Shown here piece after piece: positions 1 to 9,612 of a stretch of DNA of 64,000 bases; within the stretch, counting starts at the first letter, position 1, and each line of letters begins with the position of its first letter. Made by a program: the position numbers and the translations under genes. Under the pieces are notes generated by a model. That model was not told the DNA's origin, searched no databases, and saw nothing but the letters and a program-made list of their open reading frames with translations. Source of the stretch: Candidatus Thorarchaeota archaeon (GTDB lineage: Archaea > Asgardarchaeota > Thorarchaeia > Thorarchaeales > Thorarchaeaceae). Location of the stretch: assembly GCA_011364905.1 (NCBI GenBank), contig RDNZ01000002.1, positions 64,001 through 128,000 on the forward strand, given 5' to 3'.

Positions 1-600
1 GAATCTTGGTGAATATTTGAAATTGAATAAAGGATCCTCTTTACCTATAATGCCCTCCCGTTTATATTCCATGACTGGGCGGTTGTAAGCAAAAATCATT
101 TTTCCTATTGTCTTCAATTTCTCGCCTGTTGACATTTGGGGGAATGCGCCAGGCTTAATTTCTCGCCCAATACTCAGAAGAATAAGTCCAGAGATATGTT
201 CTGCACAATGATTCAGCCCTTCTTCAAGTACAACCAGGTTTCCCAGACTGCTGCCAACCAGAATAACTCCTGAAAATTCCTGGTTTTTTACAAACATGAT
301 AGTTTCACAAACATCATTCACGAGTCTTTCCTTACTCGGATAATCACCCCTAACACCATCAGAAAGACCATGACCACGCAGATCGAGACCAAATACGGAA
401 AATCCAGCATCTGAGAGTGGACTTCCTAGCGAATCGTAGGGCTCACTATATGCGGTTATTCCGTGAAAAATGATAATTGCCGTCTTTGACGGAACTGAGG
501 GTTTCCATTCACGCAGGAACAGAACTTTACCATCTGTTGTATGAATTAGGTGATGGGGTTTATCAAATTCTGCTCTAAGCTTCACAACATCAATATCCAT
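1..600 (-). CDS. alpha/beta hydrolase (lysophospholipase/monoglyceride lipase-like), 3'-truncated by window edge
   Basis: Not in the ORF track. Manual translation from ATG at 600 gives MDIDVVKLRAEFDKPHHLIHTTDGKVLFLREWKP...IIFHGITAYS...GLDLRGHGLSDG...LVGSSLG, with the oxyanion HG, DLRGHG and GxSxG motifs. Confidence 0.85.
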   Translation of the reverse strand, partial: MDIDVVKLRAEFDKPHHLIHTTDGKVLFLREWKPSVPSKTAIIIFHGITAYSEPYDSLGSPLSDAGFSVFGLDLRGHGLSDGVRGDYPSKERLVNDVCETIMFVKNQEFSGVILVGSSLGNLVVLEEGLNHCAEHISGLILLSIGREIKPGAFPQMSTGEKLKTIGKMIFAYNRPVMEYKREGIIGKEDPLFNFKYSPRF

Positions 601-765
601 ACAAATACCACGCAACCTACTCCGCCAGACCGGCTCTGCTGAATGGCATCTCAAATTCGAGATTTAAGGATGCCGGCAAAAGGGGCGTGTACCTATCAAA
701 ATTTAGTTGGATAACTTGTGTGAAAGACTGAAATAAGCTAAACTGAATGAAGGAGATGATATAAT

Positions 766-1638
766 ATGCAAATAGGTCTACAAATTCCTAGCTTTACATG
801 GCCTGGTGAAATAAGAGCAACATTGAGCGAAATCGCAAGGACTGCTGAAAAGGCAGGATTTTCCAGTATTTGGGTCATGGACCACTTCTTTCAGTTAGAA
901 ATGTTTGGTGATGCTACTCAGCCAATGTTAGAAGCGTATAGCACCCTGAACTATATAGCTGCACAAACTAGCAAAGTAAAGTTAGGTACATTAGTAACAG
1001 GAGTTGTTTATCGTCATCCAGGTGCATTAATTAAAACTGTTACTACATTGGATGTTTTATCAGGTGGAAGGGCATATTTTGGTGTGGGAGCTGCCTGGTA
1101 TGAAAGAGAGGCACGAGGATTGGGACTGCCTTTTCCGAAAATTCAGCACCGATTTGAAATGTTAGAAGAAACCTTGCAAATAGCAAAGCAAATGTTCTCA
1201 GGAAAACGAGACCCATACAATGGAAAACATCATCAATTAGCTGAACCAATAAACAGTCCGCAGCCGCTCTCAAAACCACATCCTAAGATATTGATAGGAG
1301 GAATGGGTGAGAAAAAGACTCTACGGCTCGTAGCTCTATATGCTGATGCATGCAATTTATTCGCTTATGCGGGTCTTGATGCAATCAATCACAAACTTAA
1401 GGTCTTGAAAAAGCATTGTGAAACCATTGGAAGACCATACGATGAAATAGAACGCACCGCATTGAGTACAGTGGATTTGTCTGCGGGAAATATGTCAACT
1501 AAGGACGTTATAGGAATGTGCAAAGGACTGGCAAATGAGAGTATTGAACATGTTATTCTCAACATGCCAAATGTACATGAGATAACCCCACTCGAGAAGT
1601 TTGGAGAAGAAATCATTCCCGCTGTCGCAGACTTTTGA
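766..1638 (+). CDS. LLM-class F420-dependent oxidoreductase
   Basis: SIWVMDHFFQ, LDVLSGGR, GAAWYERE and ILIGGMGEKKTLRLVA are typical of the luciferase-like F420 family. RBS AAGGAG upstream. Confidence 0.9.
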   Translation: MQIGLQIPSFTWPGEIRATLSEIARTAEKAGFSSIWVMDHFFQLEMFGDATQPMLEAYSTLNYIAAQTSKVKLGTLVTGVVYRHPGALIKTVTTLDVLSGGRAYFGVGAAWYEREARGLGLPFPKIQHRFEMLEETLQIAKQMFSGKRDPYNGKHHQLAEPINSPQPLSKPHPKILIGGMGEKKTLRLVALYADACNLFAYAGLDAINHKLKVLKKHCETIGRPYDEIERTALSTVDLSAGNMSTKDVIGMCKGLANESIEHVILNMPNVHEITPLEKFGEEIIPAVADF

Positions 1639-1763
1639 GATCATAAAAGGTGAGAGAATCTTTCACATGGATTTTAACTCAGCTGAGTGAAGACACTTTA
1701 GACTGGATTTGAGGAAGTCGGCAAAGTGGCAAGCAGTATGGATGAAAGTTTGTTACATTCATT

Positions 1764-2609
1764 TCATTTCTCTTGAAGTCCGAATCCACTTTCCATAAGT
1801 TCCAAGAGTTTGGCGACGAATCGTGTAGCAGGAGCACCATAAGAAACCTCCTCATCAAACATCACAGTTAGATTGAGGAATTCGCCGATATTATCTTGAT
1901 TCATTGGGTTTCTTGGTTTCTTAGAGATGCCACCTAATGCAAACACAACTGGGTGTAAACCAACAGGAATCGCCCAGCCTCCACCTTTTCCGAACATTCC
2001 TATAGCTGTTACCCCAATTGTACCCATCATTTTTTTCCTCAAGAATGGATCTGATCTGAATTTTCGCCAGAAGAGTTTTCTAAATGGGCCCGGGAGACGA
2101 CGAAGGCTACTATCTGAGGAAGATTTCCTTTTTCCAGAAACAATGCTATCACCAGAGTCAGCCTTTTGAGCTTGGCGAATCTCATCATGAATTTGTCTGA
2201 AACTCTTTTCACTTGCCTTCCGGACACAATATTGAGTTGGAATCTTCCCCGCTTTCGTTTCTTTTTCAACAATCATTCCAACATCAACATCATCGAATAT
2301 GACAAGCTTCTTTTTCCCTTTTCTGAGAGCTTGAACCTCTATATGTTCGCTGACTGCTTGACTAACACATTTTATCACCCAAGCTGTGAAAGACATCTTC
2401 TCCCCTGTTCTTTCTTCTATCTCAGAAATAAACGTCCGAGCTTGTGTTACATCAACTTCTACTAATCCGTAGATACGATGTTTTGGTGCTAAGTTGTTAA
2501 GTAACTCTATGGGCAACGTGAATCTGTGTGTTATTTCCCTAAATGAAATGTCATTCCTTTCTTTAGCTGCTTCATCTAATTCTTGACTTCTTAAATTCAT
2601 GAAGAACAA
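1764..2609 (-). CDS. stand-alone 2-oxoacid dehydrogenase E2 (acyltransferase) catalytic-domain-like protein, catalytic His absent
   Basis: EVDVT, SFTAWVIKCVSQA, GTIGVTAIGMFG and GAPATRF match the fold. The DHxxxDG motif reads DEEVSYG. Confidence 0.8.
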   Translation of the reverse strand: MFFMNLRSQELDEAAKERNDISFREITHRFTLPIELLNNLAPKHRIYGLVEVDVTQARTFISEIEERTGEKMSFTAWVIKCVSQAVSEHIEVQALRKGKKKLVIFDDVDVGMIVEKETKAGKIPTQYCVRKASEKSFRQIHDEIRQAQKADSGDSIVSGKRKSSSDSSLRRLPGPFRKLFWRKFRSDPFLRKKMMGTIGVTAIGMFGKGGGWAIPVGLHPVVFALGGISKKPRNPMNQDNIGEFLNLTVMFDEEVSYGAPATRFVAKLLELMESGFGLQEK

Positions 2610-2742
2610 TCCTCTCAGTTGAAACCAAATTAATGCATGATATCATCAGACACTTTTTTCGCAGGTTCGAGGTCATTGGTGAAGGGGATATTAAAATATG
2701 TCATCGTACTCTAATGGAAACAAAAAACGTTGGCTATATTCA

Positions 2743-3951
2743 ATGACAGAAGATAGTATGATTTCAGGTTTTGTCAAACCACAGTTCGAATCTGTTAAAG
2801 ACGTTTTTATCGAAAACTTCGAACAACGGAATGAGTTGGGTGCAGCATGTTGTATCTATTACAAAGGAGAGAAAGTGGTTGACCTGTGGGGTGGAATCAA
2901 GAATGAAGGCACTGGGGAACCTTGGGAAGAGGACACTATGGTACTTGTTTGGTCAACAACAAAGGGGCTATCAGCTCTCGCAATGGCTCTTGCAAACTCT
3001 CAAGGATTGTTTGAATATGACGAACCAGTTTCGAAATATTGGCCAGAATTTGCTCAGAATGGGAAAGAAAGAATCACTGTCAGACAACTTATGGCGCATC
3101 AAGCTGGTTTGTACGCTTTTGATGAACTAGGTGATAGGGATATCATTGCAGACCTGGATCGTCTTGCTGTAGTATTAGCTGAGCAGAAACCTGCTTATGA
3201 ACCAGGAACACAACACACGTACCATGCGTTGACACTAGGTTTCTACCAGAGCGAACTCCTCCGAAGGGTTGATCCAAAGGGGCGTAGCTTAGGGCAATAC
3301 TTCCGTGATGAGATTGCTACTCCTTTAGGTATCGACTTCTACATTGGTTTACCAGAAGATATTCCAAACTCAAGACTCTCTCCGCTTAGAGAAGTCAAAT
3401 TTTCTTTTTCAGCCATGAAGTCTGCAGGTCTAGGAATGATTCTTGCCGCAATGAATCCCCGATCTGCACTCAGACGAGCTTTGGTTGGGACAGAGTTTTG
3501 CTTGGATGAAGATCACATCTATACTCGAAATTATGAAGTTCCATCTGGGGGAGGTGTAGGCACAGCTCGGGCAATCGCTTGTGCTTACAGTGTTTTTGCA
3601 ACTGGTGGAAAAGAACTTGGAATTCGTGAAGAAACGCTTCAACAACTAATGGCTCCAGCTATTCCTCCCACACGTGGTTTCAAAGATGGAGCCTTTAAGA
3701 TGAATACAAGTTATTCACTTGGATTTGCTAGAGGTCTTCCAGAGAGCCCATTTGGATCTCCTAGCTCTTTTGGGATGCCGGGCACAGGTGGATCGTTTGG
3801 ATATGCGGACCCTGAAGTCGGGGTAGGTTACGGATATGTACTCAATGGACTTGGAACTTCATTTCCACACGATCCACGAGATATCGCTTTGCGTACTGCT
3901 TTCTACGAATCCATTGGCAAGTCAGATTTGCTAAGTAGCAAAAGGGTGTAG
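2743..3951 (+). CDS. serine hydrolase, beta-lactamase/EstA family
   Basis: SxxK (WSTTK), LMAHQAGL, Y-H-A and GMPGTGGS. The likely start is MTEDS (2743); the ORF track starts at 2698. Confidence 0.88.
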   Translation: MTEDSMISGFVKPQFESVKDVFIENFEQRNELGAACCIYYKGEKVVDLWGGIKNEGTGEPWEEDTMVLVWSTTKGLSALAMALANSQGLFEYDEPVSKYWPEFAQNGKERITVRQLMAHQAGLYAFDELGDRDIIADLDRLAVVLAEQKPAYEPGTQHTYHALTLGFYQSELLRRVDPKGRSLGQYFRDEIATPLGIDFYIGLPEDIPNSRLSPLREVKFSFSAMKSAGLGMILAAMNPRSALRRALVGTEFCLDEDHIYTRNYEVPSGGGVGTARAIACAYSVFATGGKELGIREETLQQLMAPAIPPTRGFKDGAFKMNTSYSLGFARGLPESPFGSPSSFGMPGTGGSFGYADPEVGVGYGYVLNGLGTSFPHDPRDIALRTAFYESIGKSDLLSSKRV

Positions 3952-3997
3952 GAACGACAATAATCACCTTTCAGCAAATGTATAAAAGTATTGAAAC

Positions 3998-4444
3998 TTG
4001 CCCAACCATATGTCACCTACTCGCGCGGAAGAAGCAAAGAAGATAATGGATGAACAGAGAGGTTCTTGTTCACAAGCGATATTCGCTACCTATGGTGTAC
4101 ACCTCAGTTCTGGAAAACTTGACTATAATACTTGCATGAATATAGCATCTGGGTTTGGTGGGGGTATAGCCAGTAATGGAAATGTATGTGGAGCTCTGAC
4201 TGGTGCAATCATGGCTCTAGGACTGAAGTACGGAGGGTCAAGGATGGAGGAGAAAGTCTTTCAAGCCGCAAACACGCTTCTCGAAAATTTCACCAAGCTT
4301 CATGGTTCGACGCTTTGCAGAGAATTAATCAAATATGACTTAGCCGCTGCTGAAGATGTGAGAGAAGCCTTCGAAAAGGGTGCATTTGACAACTGTCCAA
4401 AATATGTGGAAGATGTGGCTGAGATTCTTGAAACACTAATCTAG
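3998..4444 (+). CDS. C-GCAxxG-C-C family putative redox protein
   Basis: CSQA...GFGGG...CGALTG...CREL...CPKYV cysteine pattern. Confidence 0.85.
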   Translation: MPNHMSPTRAEEAKKIMDEQRGSCSQAIFATYGVHLSSGKLDYNTCMNIASGFGGGIASNGNVCGALTGAIMALGLKYGGSRMEEKVFQAANTLLENFTKLHGSTLCRELIKYDLAAAEDVREAFEKGAFDNCPKYVEDVAEILETLI

Positions 4445-4580
4445 TTTGTTTGATATTTGATTTTCTAAACAACTGCCTCCAGATCAGCACTAAAGTCCCA
4501 ATGTGTTCTGACTGCGAATTGCTTAACGGCGTGCATCAGTTTTTTAACCTCAGGAATAGACATGTAGCGGAGGTTCTCTA

Positions 4581-5033
4581 ATGGAGAGAGTAAATGAGAA
4601 GTATGGTTGGGTAGTGTACCTAGCTCTGAGTCTGTTGTGGTTGGTGGTTGGTCTGTACCAGATCTTCCTTCCCCGCGAACTGGCCGTAGATGATGTTCAG
4701 CTTATCTTGAACTTGCCACTGGGTGATCTCGAGGCATCGAGTCCGCTGGCCATGGACTTTGCGTTCTGGCTATATGGGAGTCTGGGTCTCCTGAAGGTCA
4801 GTTGGTCCTTCTTTGTCTTAGCGATAACCCTAACGGGCTTCAAGAAAGGAGAAAAGTGGGCATGGTATACTCTGTGGTCAGTACCTGCTCTCTTGGTGAG
4901 TACTGGACTTTTCAACACTATCTACATTGGTGATGTTTCCCAGATGTTGCAATGGGTACCGATTCTAAGCCTATCGCTATTGGGACTCCTCCTTCCGTAT
5001 AGGAAGTTCTTCCCCAAACAACCACGCGTGTGA
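4581..5033 (+). CDS. hypothetical membrane protein (about 4 TM)
   Basis: Hydrophobic helices, KKGEKWAW loop, RBS GGAGG upstream. Confidence 0.7.
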   Translation: MERVNEKYGWVVYLALSLLWLVVGLYQIFLPRELAVDDVQLILNLPLGDLEASSPLAMDFAFWLYGSLGLLKVSWSFFVLAITLTGFKKGEKWAWYTLWSVPALLVSTGLFNTIYIGDVSQMLQWVPILSLSLLGLLLPYRKFFPKQPRV

Positions 5034-5186
5034 GCTGAAAGAAAACACCTCGGACTGCAGTTAGGGACATCAGCGAAGGTCGCTTGTATACTTCCGGATA
5101 CGCTTCTGTTACCGTTAAAGTAGCAGAATGACAAAAGCTTTAACACGGAACTGGGTCTGCCACTTACATTCTCAGGCGAACCAGAT

Positions 5187-6317
5187 ATGAGTCCAGAATA
5201 TCCTTCGACTAAGCATTTTATGAAAGGGCTAGACCTTAGCCAGATCTTCTACGAGGAAGCTGTTAAACCCCTCTTAGAATCAGATTTTCCTGCTCTTACA
5301 TACTCAGTAGGTCATCTAGGAGCTGGATCAGATGTACTGGGTTTTGACACGGAGCAGTCTATGGACCACGATTGGGGACCGAAGCTGTTAATCTTTCTTG
5401 GAGAGAAGGACCATGAGAAATACCACGAATCTCTAGACACTTTTCTCGGTCACAATTTGCCTACTGAAATTCGTAGCTTACCAGTAAACTTTGGATACCA
5501 TGATGATGGTACTATTGTTATGCAACTGTCAGGCGAAAGACCACTCAATCATGGAGTCAAGATTGTTACGATCAGCGATTACTTTGAGAGATATCTTACT
5601 GTAAATCCACTTGAGAAGATGAATCCGATAGATTGGGTAGTGCTTCCTGAACAACGATTACGAAGTATTACAAGTGGTCGAATATTCCATGATGGGCTTG
5701 GGAAGCTACAACCCATTATGGAGAAACTGTCTTACTATCCTAATGATGTGTGGCTGTACCTCTTGTCGACCCAATGGCGGCGCATTGCTCAAGACGAAGC
5801 CTTCATGGGACGTTGCGGACAGGTAGGAGACGAGTTAGGCTCTCGTGTTGTGGGTTCAAGACTGGTTTACGACATAATGAAGCTCTGTTTCTTGATGGAG
5901 AAGCAGTATGCCCCATATATCAAATGGTTCGGAACAGCTTTTTCGATGCTCAAGAGCGCAGGTACTTTGACAACAATCCTCAAGCGAGTGTTTGAAGCAA
6001 CTTCATGGGAAAATCGACAAGAACACCTTGTGAGAGCATATGAGATAGTGGCGGGTATGCATAATGACCTCGACATTACCGAACCGATGAGAACCAATGT
6101 GTTAAACTTTCACAACCGACCGTTCCGGGTCATTGGAGCGGATGATTTCGCTGAAGCAATCTACGCATCAATCCAAGATGAGGAAGTCTTGTCGCTTTCG
6201 AAGTTTCTCGGGGGTGTAGATCAGTTTGTCAACTCTACTGATGTACTATCCAAACCGGAACGATATCCTAAACTACGGAGTATGTTCGATTCATTATCAT
6301 TAGAGTATAGAATGTAA
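5187..6317 (+). CDS. DUF4037-family protein (nucleotidyltransferase-like N-terminus)
   Basis: GAGSDVLGFD...SMDHDWGP, G-x-IFHD, YYPxDVW and YAPYxKW motifs. Confidence 0.8.
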   Translation: MSPEYPSTKHFMKGLDLSQIFYEEAVKPLLESDFPALTYSVGHLGAGSDVLGFDTEQSMDHDWGPKLLIFLGEKDHEKYHESLDTFLGHNLPTEIRSLPVNFGYHDDGTIVMQLSGERPLNHGVKIVTISDYFERYLTVNPLEKMNPIDWVVLPEQRLRSITSGRIFHDGLGKLQPIMEKLSYYPNDVWLYLLSTQWRRIAQDEAFMGRCGQVGDELGSRVVGSRLVYDIMKLCFLMEKQYAPYIKWFGTAFSMLKSAGTLTTILKRVFEATSWENRQEHLVRAYEIVAGMHNDLDITEPMRTNVLNFHNRPFRVIGADDFAEAIYASIQDEEVLSLSKFLGGVDQFVNSTDVLSKPERYPKLRSMFDSLSLEYRM

Positions 6318-6427
6318 GAGCCTTCTTCAGTTCCTCTTTCTTTTCTTACTCCAGAATTGTGCAATTCATGCATCTATAGCCGCTCACCAAAGTTTTCAAA
6401 TATCCTCCTCCTCAGCTTTATGACGAA

Positions 6428-6934
6428 ATGAAACGAGTGCTTGTCTTAGGCAATTCTGGTTCAGGAAAGTCGAGCTTCGCAAAAAAACTAGCTGATAAGT
6501 TGGGAATTCCATGTATCCACCTCGACTCCTACTACTGGAGACCAAACTGGGTTCCTACTCCGGAAGAGGAATGGCCTTCCATAGTTCGTCGACTCATTGA
6601 TGAGGACGAATGGGTGATGGATGGAAACTACTCGACTACACTAGAGGAGAGAATACAGCGAGCCGACACAGCAATTTATCTTCGAGTAGCGCGTCCGATT
6701 GCATTCTGGAGAGTAATAAGAAGAAGGATTGTGCACCGTGGGAAGGTCCGTGCCGAACTTGCAGAAGGCTGCTATGAGAAGATTGACTTAGATTTTCTGA
6801 AATGGATCTGGAATCATCCGAAGAGGGCGAAGACTAGAACATTTCCTATTCTAGAGAAGTACTCTAACTCAGAGAAGACTATTCTCTATTTAGACGCGAA
6901 AGAAGCACAAGAGTTTCTTGACTCTGTGATCTAG
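6428..6934 (+). CDS. adenylate-kinase-like P-loop protein (topology modulation/FlaR family)
   Basis: GNSGSGKS, IHLDSYYW, WVMDGNY, DFLKWIW. Confidence 0.85.
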   Translation: MKRVLVLGNSGSGKSSFAKKLADKLGIPCIHLDSYYWRPNWVPTPEEEWPSIVRRLIDEDEWVMDGNYSTTLEERIQRADTAIYLRVARPIAFWRVIRRRIVHRGKVRAELAEGCYEKIDLDFLKWIWNHPKRAKTRTFPILEKYSNSEKTILYLDAKEAQEFLDSVI

Positions 6935-7110
6935 CATTCCAAGTCACTTGGTCTATTACTGCTCGGATACAGAAATCCCGCGTGAGTATAATAATACTAA
7001 ACTCTTGCAAGAATCCGGAAGTGCGTTTCTCCAGCTTGTTTCTTCCTGGGACAATACAGGTGATCGTGACTCAAAAACACATGATTTCCTTTGGTGTTCG
7101 CATCAATGAA

Positions 7111-7740
7111 TTACTGACGAACAATTGCTCGTATCATACCTACTAGATTCTCAACGAATTCATTATCGTCACCGAAATACCCTGGGAACATTATCTGATA
7201 TGTCATCAAAGTCCCAATCATCCGTTCAATCACAGTTTCGTGTCCCTTGATGTCAAAGGACTTCTTTGGGAACATTTTGGACAAATCATCAATGAAATCC
7301 ACAAACATTTTCCAACCCTGATTCATTGATTCAAGAGACTCGAGTGACTCAACGACATTTTCATACTTGTCAACATCTGCAAGCATCTCTATTTGAACTG
7401 CCGCAAGGAAGTGTCGATCTTTCCGTCGTAAATCTAAAACAGCTTGCAAGAGCTTACCTAATACCTCATCGAATGTTTTTCCGTGCAATAGCTCTTCAGA
7501 TTTCAATAGTGACCCGCTTGTTTCGAATGCTTTCTGTTGCATCTTAGACAACAGTTCAGCAAGAATGGAAGTCTTTCCATCAGGAAAGTGGTAGTATAGA
7601 GTACCTATACTGACCTTTGAAAGATAAGCGATATCGTTTACATTGAGATTTGTGTATCCCTTTTTGCGGATTGATTTTTCGGCGATACGTAAAATCCGTT
7701 CTTTGGCTTCTGACTTTCTCATAGCAGTTGATATCTTCAC
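7111..7740 (-). CDS. TetR/AcrR family transcriptional regulator
   Basis: N-terminal HTH: KGYTNLNVNDIA...VSIGTLYYHFPDGK. Confidence 0.9.
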   Translation of the reverse strand: MKISTAMRKSEAKERILRIAEKSIRKKGYTNLNVNDIAYLSKVSIGTLYYHFPDGKTSILAELLSKMQQKAFETSGSLLKSEELLHGKTFDEVLGKLLQAVLDLRRKDRHFLAAVQIEMLADVDKYENVVESLESLESMNQGWKMFVDFIDDLSKMFPKKSFDIKGHETVIERMIGTLMTYQIMFPGYFGDDNEFVENLVGMIRAIVRQ

Positions 7741-7761
7741 GCATCATCATATAAATATTTG

Positions 7762-7782
7762 AATTCGAGTCGGAATCGAATT
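7762..7782. promoter_or_regulatory. inverted-repeat operator (candidate TetR site), copy 1
   Basis: AATTCGAGTCGGAATCGAATT lies immediately upstream of tetR. Related copies are at 8652-8672 and 8699-8719. Confidence 0.65.
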
Positions 7783-7796
7783 ACGAAGGTTATAGA

Positions 7797-7886
7797 ATGA
7801 AAAAACTGAGCAGACTAGAAGTTGCGAACCTTGGAAGAAAACGAATGATGAAGTTAATGCATCTAGGCGGATACATGATTGAATGA
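7797..7886 (+). pseudogene. internally deleted relic of the 8734-9546 methyltransferase gene
   Basis: Reads MKKLSRLEVANLG-RKRMMKLMHL..., joining the N-terminus (MRKLSRQEVAELG) and a near-C-terminal segment (RKRMMKLMRL) of 8734-9546. The upstream leader is also homologous. Confidence 0.8.
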
Positions 7887-7912
7887 GCGATTGTTTCATT
7901 GAACTGAGTGTT

Positions 7913-8524
7913 CTAGATAAGTTTCCAAAGTATGTACTTCTGATCTTCTATCTGAAGAAGGAATGTCTGACTTAGTTTAAATCTGGAAATGGTTTCAATC
8001 TCCCTTTCTGATGGTCCTATTCCCAACATATACCAATTTTCATAGGGCCATTCTCTCTTAAACCATTTAGGCAATTCCTCTAGCAATTTCTCATATAGAT
8101 TTAGCTTTCGAGCTGTCGGTGTTATCCAAAAAGAAAAACCAGGATCATTTTCTTGTATTTGCAAATCTTCAAAGATTCTGTCATTAAAGAATGCAAACTT
8201 CAAAAATGGAATTACTGGTTTAATGTAAATGCACCCATAGCATTCCGTTTCATCGACATCAAGAATTGTAAAAGCAAATTCCTTTTTCATATCATGATCT
8301 TTCTCGTGAGCTGTTAATTCCTTGAGATTCGTTTCTTTGGGGAATCCTTCTGGTCTGAATCCGCTTTCAATTACAGCCTTATAGTCAAGTTCATTGTCGC
8401 TTGCTCTCAGTGGGCGAATCTTTACTTTTCCAAAAATCAGTTCTTCAGGAATGGATTGATTTGGCGGGAAGAATTCATTCATGTGCTGATTGCAATTTCC
8501 AAGACATATCAGCATTGCTTTCAT
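7913..8524 (-). CDS. GNAT/RimJ-like N-acetyltransferase-fold protein
   Basis: IRPLRASDNELDY, EFAFTIL...CYGCIYIKP, FSFWIT, WFKREWP. The true start may be downstream (MNEFF). Confidence 0.65.
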   Translation of the reverse strand: MKAMLICLGNCNQHMNEFFPPNQSIPEELIFGKVKIRPLRASDNELDYKAVIESGFRPEGFPKETNLKELTAHEKDHDMKKEFAFTILDVDETECYGCIYIKPVIPFLKFAFFNDRIFEDLQIQENDPGFSFWITPTARKLNLYEKLLEELPKWFKREWPYENWYMLGIGPSEREIETISRFKLSQTFLLQIEDQKYILWKLI

Positions 8525-8651
8525 AGCAAGAGAAATTCTGAAATAGAAATGAAGAAGGATTTTGTAAATCCTTCAAAATCATAGGTTTTTCAATTCCGTG
8601 TTCAAATACTGAACGATAATCAACTTGTGATCATACGTACCATTATATTTG

Positions 8652-8719
8652 AGTTCGAGTCGAAATCGAAAATCCTAAAAGGGAATAAGAGGTAATAGAA
8701 TTCGAGTCGAACTCGAATT
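8652..8719. promoter_or_regulatory. two operator palindromes upstream of the methyltransferase
   Basis: AGTTCGAGTCGAAATCGAAAA (8652-8672) and a perfect AATTCGAGT-CGA-ACTCGAATT (8699-8719), the latter ending 14 nt before the ATG at 8734. Confidence 0.7.
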
Positions 8720-8733
8720 ATGAAGGTAATAGA

Positions 8734-9546
8734 ATGAGGAAACTGAGTAGACAAGAAGTTGCTGAGCTCGGACTCTATGATTTCCTTGGATATATTGATG
8801 CATTTGATTCTCCTTATATCGGAGGGCTTGCCGGAACTCGCAGGTTAATTGAGCGTTTAGATATACCAAAAGATGAGAATTTTCATGTGCTTGAGGTCGG
8901 ATGCGCATCTGGATTTACTAGCTGTATGATTGCTAAAGAATATGGTTGTCAGGTGACAGGGATTGATATCTCTGAGGTCCTAATCTCAAAGGCTAAAGAC
9001 AGATCCAACAGAATGGGATTGAACAATGTTCGTTTTCAGGTAGCGGATGCGACACAACTTCCGTTTGACGACAATTCATTTGATGCTGTATTCGGAGTGG
9101 CATTAGTAGCACTTATCCCAATGAAAGAAAAAGTACTGCAAGAATTGAAGAGAATCACAAAACCAGGAGGAGTAATTGGGACACTGGATCTCTTTGCAAA
9201 GACTGGAGCAGACAAAGAGATTGTAGATTCATTTAGCAGTTCTATGAAAACACTCCTCGAATATGATGTGGCAATCTTGGATATTCAAAACTGGAGAAGT
9301 ATCTTTGAAAAAACAGGACTTAATGACATCAGTGTTGAAGAGAACTATCATGATGTTCTACTACTTACAAGAAAACGTTCCGGCACAATAAAAGCCACAA
9401 TGAAGATGCTCTACCACATGTTGATCAATGGTGCTGTAAGAAAACGGATGATGAAGTTGATGCGTTTAAGGAAGACGGCTACTATGAAGGATGAGGAAGG
9501 ATTCGAGCATTTGGGATATCTAATATTCACTGGTCGAAAAGCGTGA
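8734..9546 (+). CDS. class I SAM-dependent methyltransferase (UbiE/sterol MTase-like)
   Basis: VLEVGCASG, VTGIDIS, ADATQLPFDDNSFDAV, KPGG. Confidence 0.9.
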   Translation: MRKLSRQEVAELGLYDFLGYIDAFDSPYIGGLAGTRRLIERLDIPKDENFHVLEVGCASGFTSCMIAKEYGCQVTGIDISEVLISKAKDRSNRMGLNNVRFQVADATQLPFDDNSFDAVFGVALVALIPMKEKVLQELKRITKPGGVIGTLDLFAKTGADKEIVDSFSSSMKTLLEYDVAILDIQNWRSIFEKTGLNDISVEENYHDVLLLTRKRSGTIKATMKMLYHMLINGAVRKRMMKLMRLRKTATMKDEEGFEHLGYLIFTGRKA

Positions 9547-9612
9547 CCATTCATAAAGACCTAGGTACCAAAGTACATCGGAATTAGTATCGATGCTTTG
9601 TTCCAATGAGTA

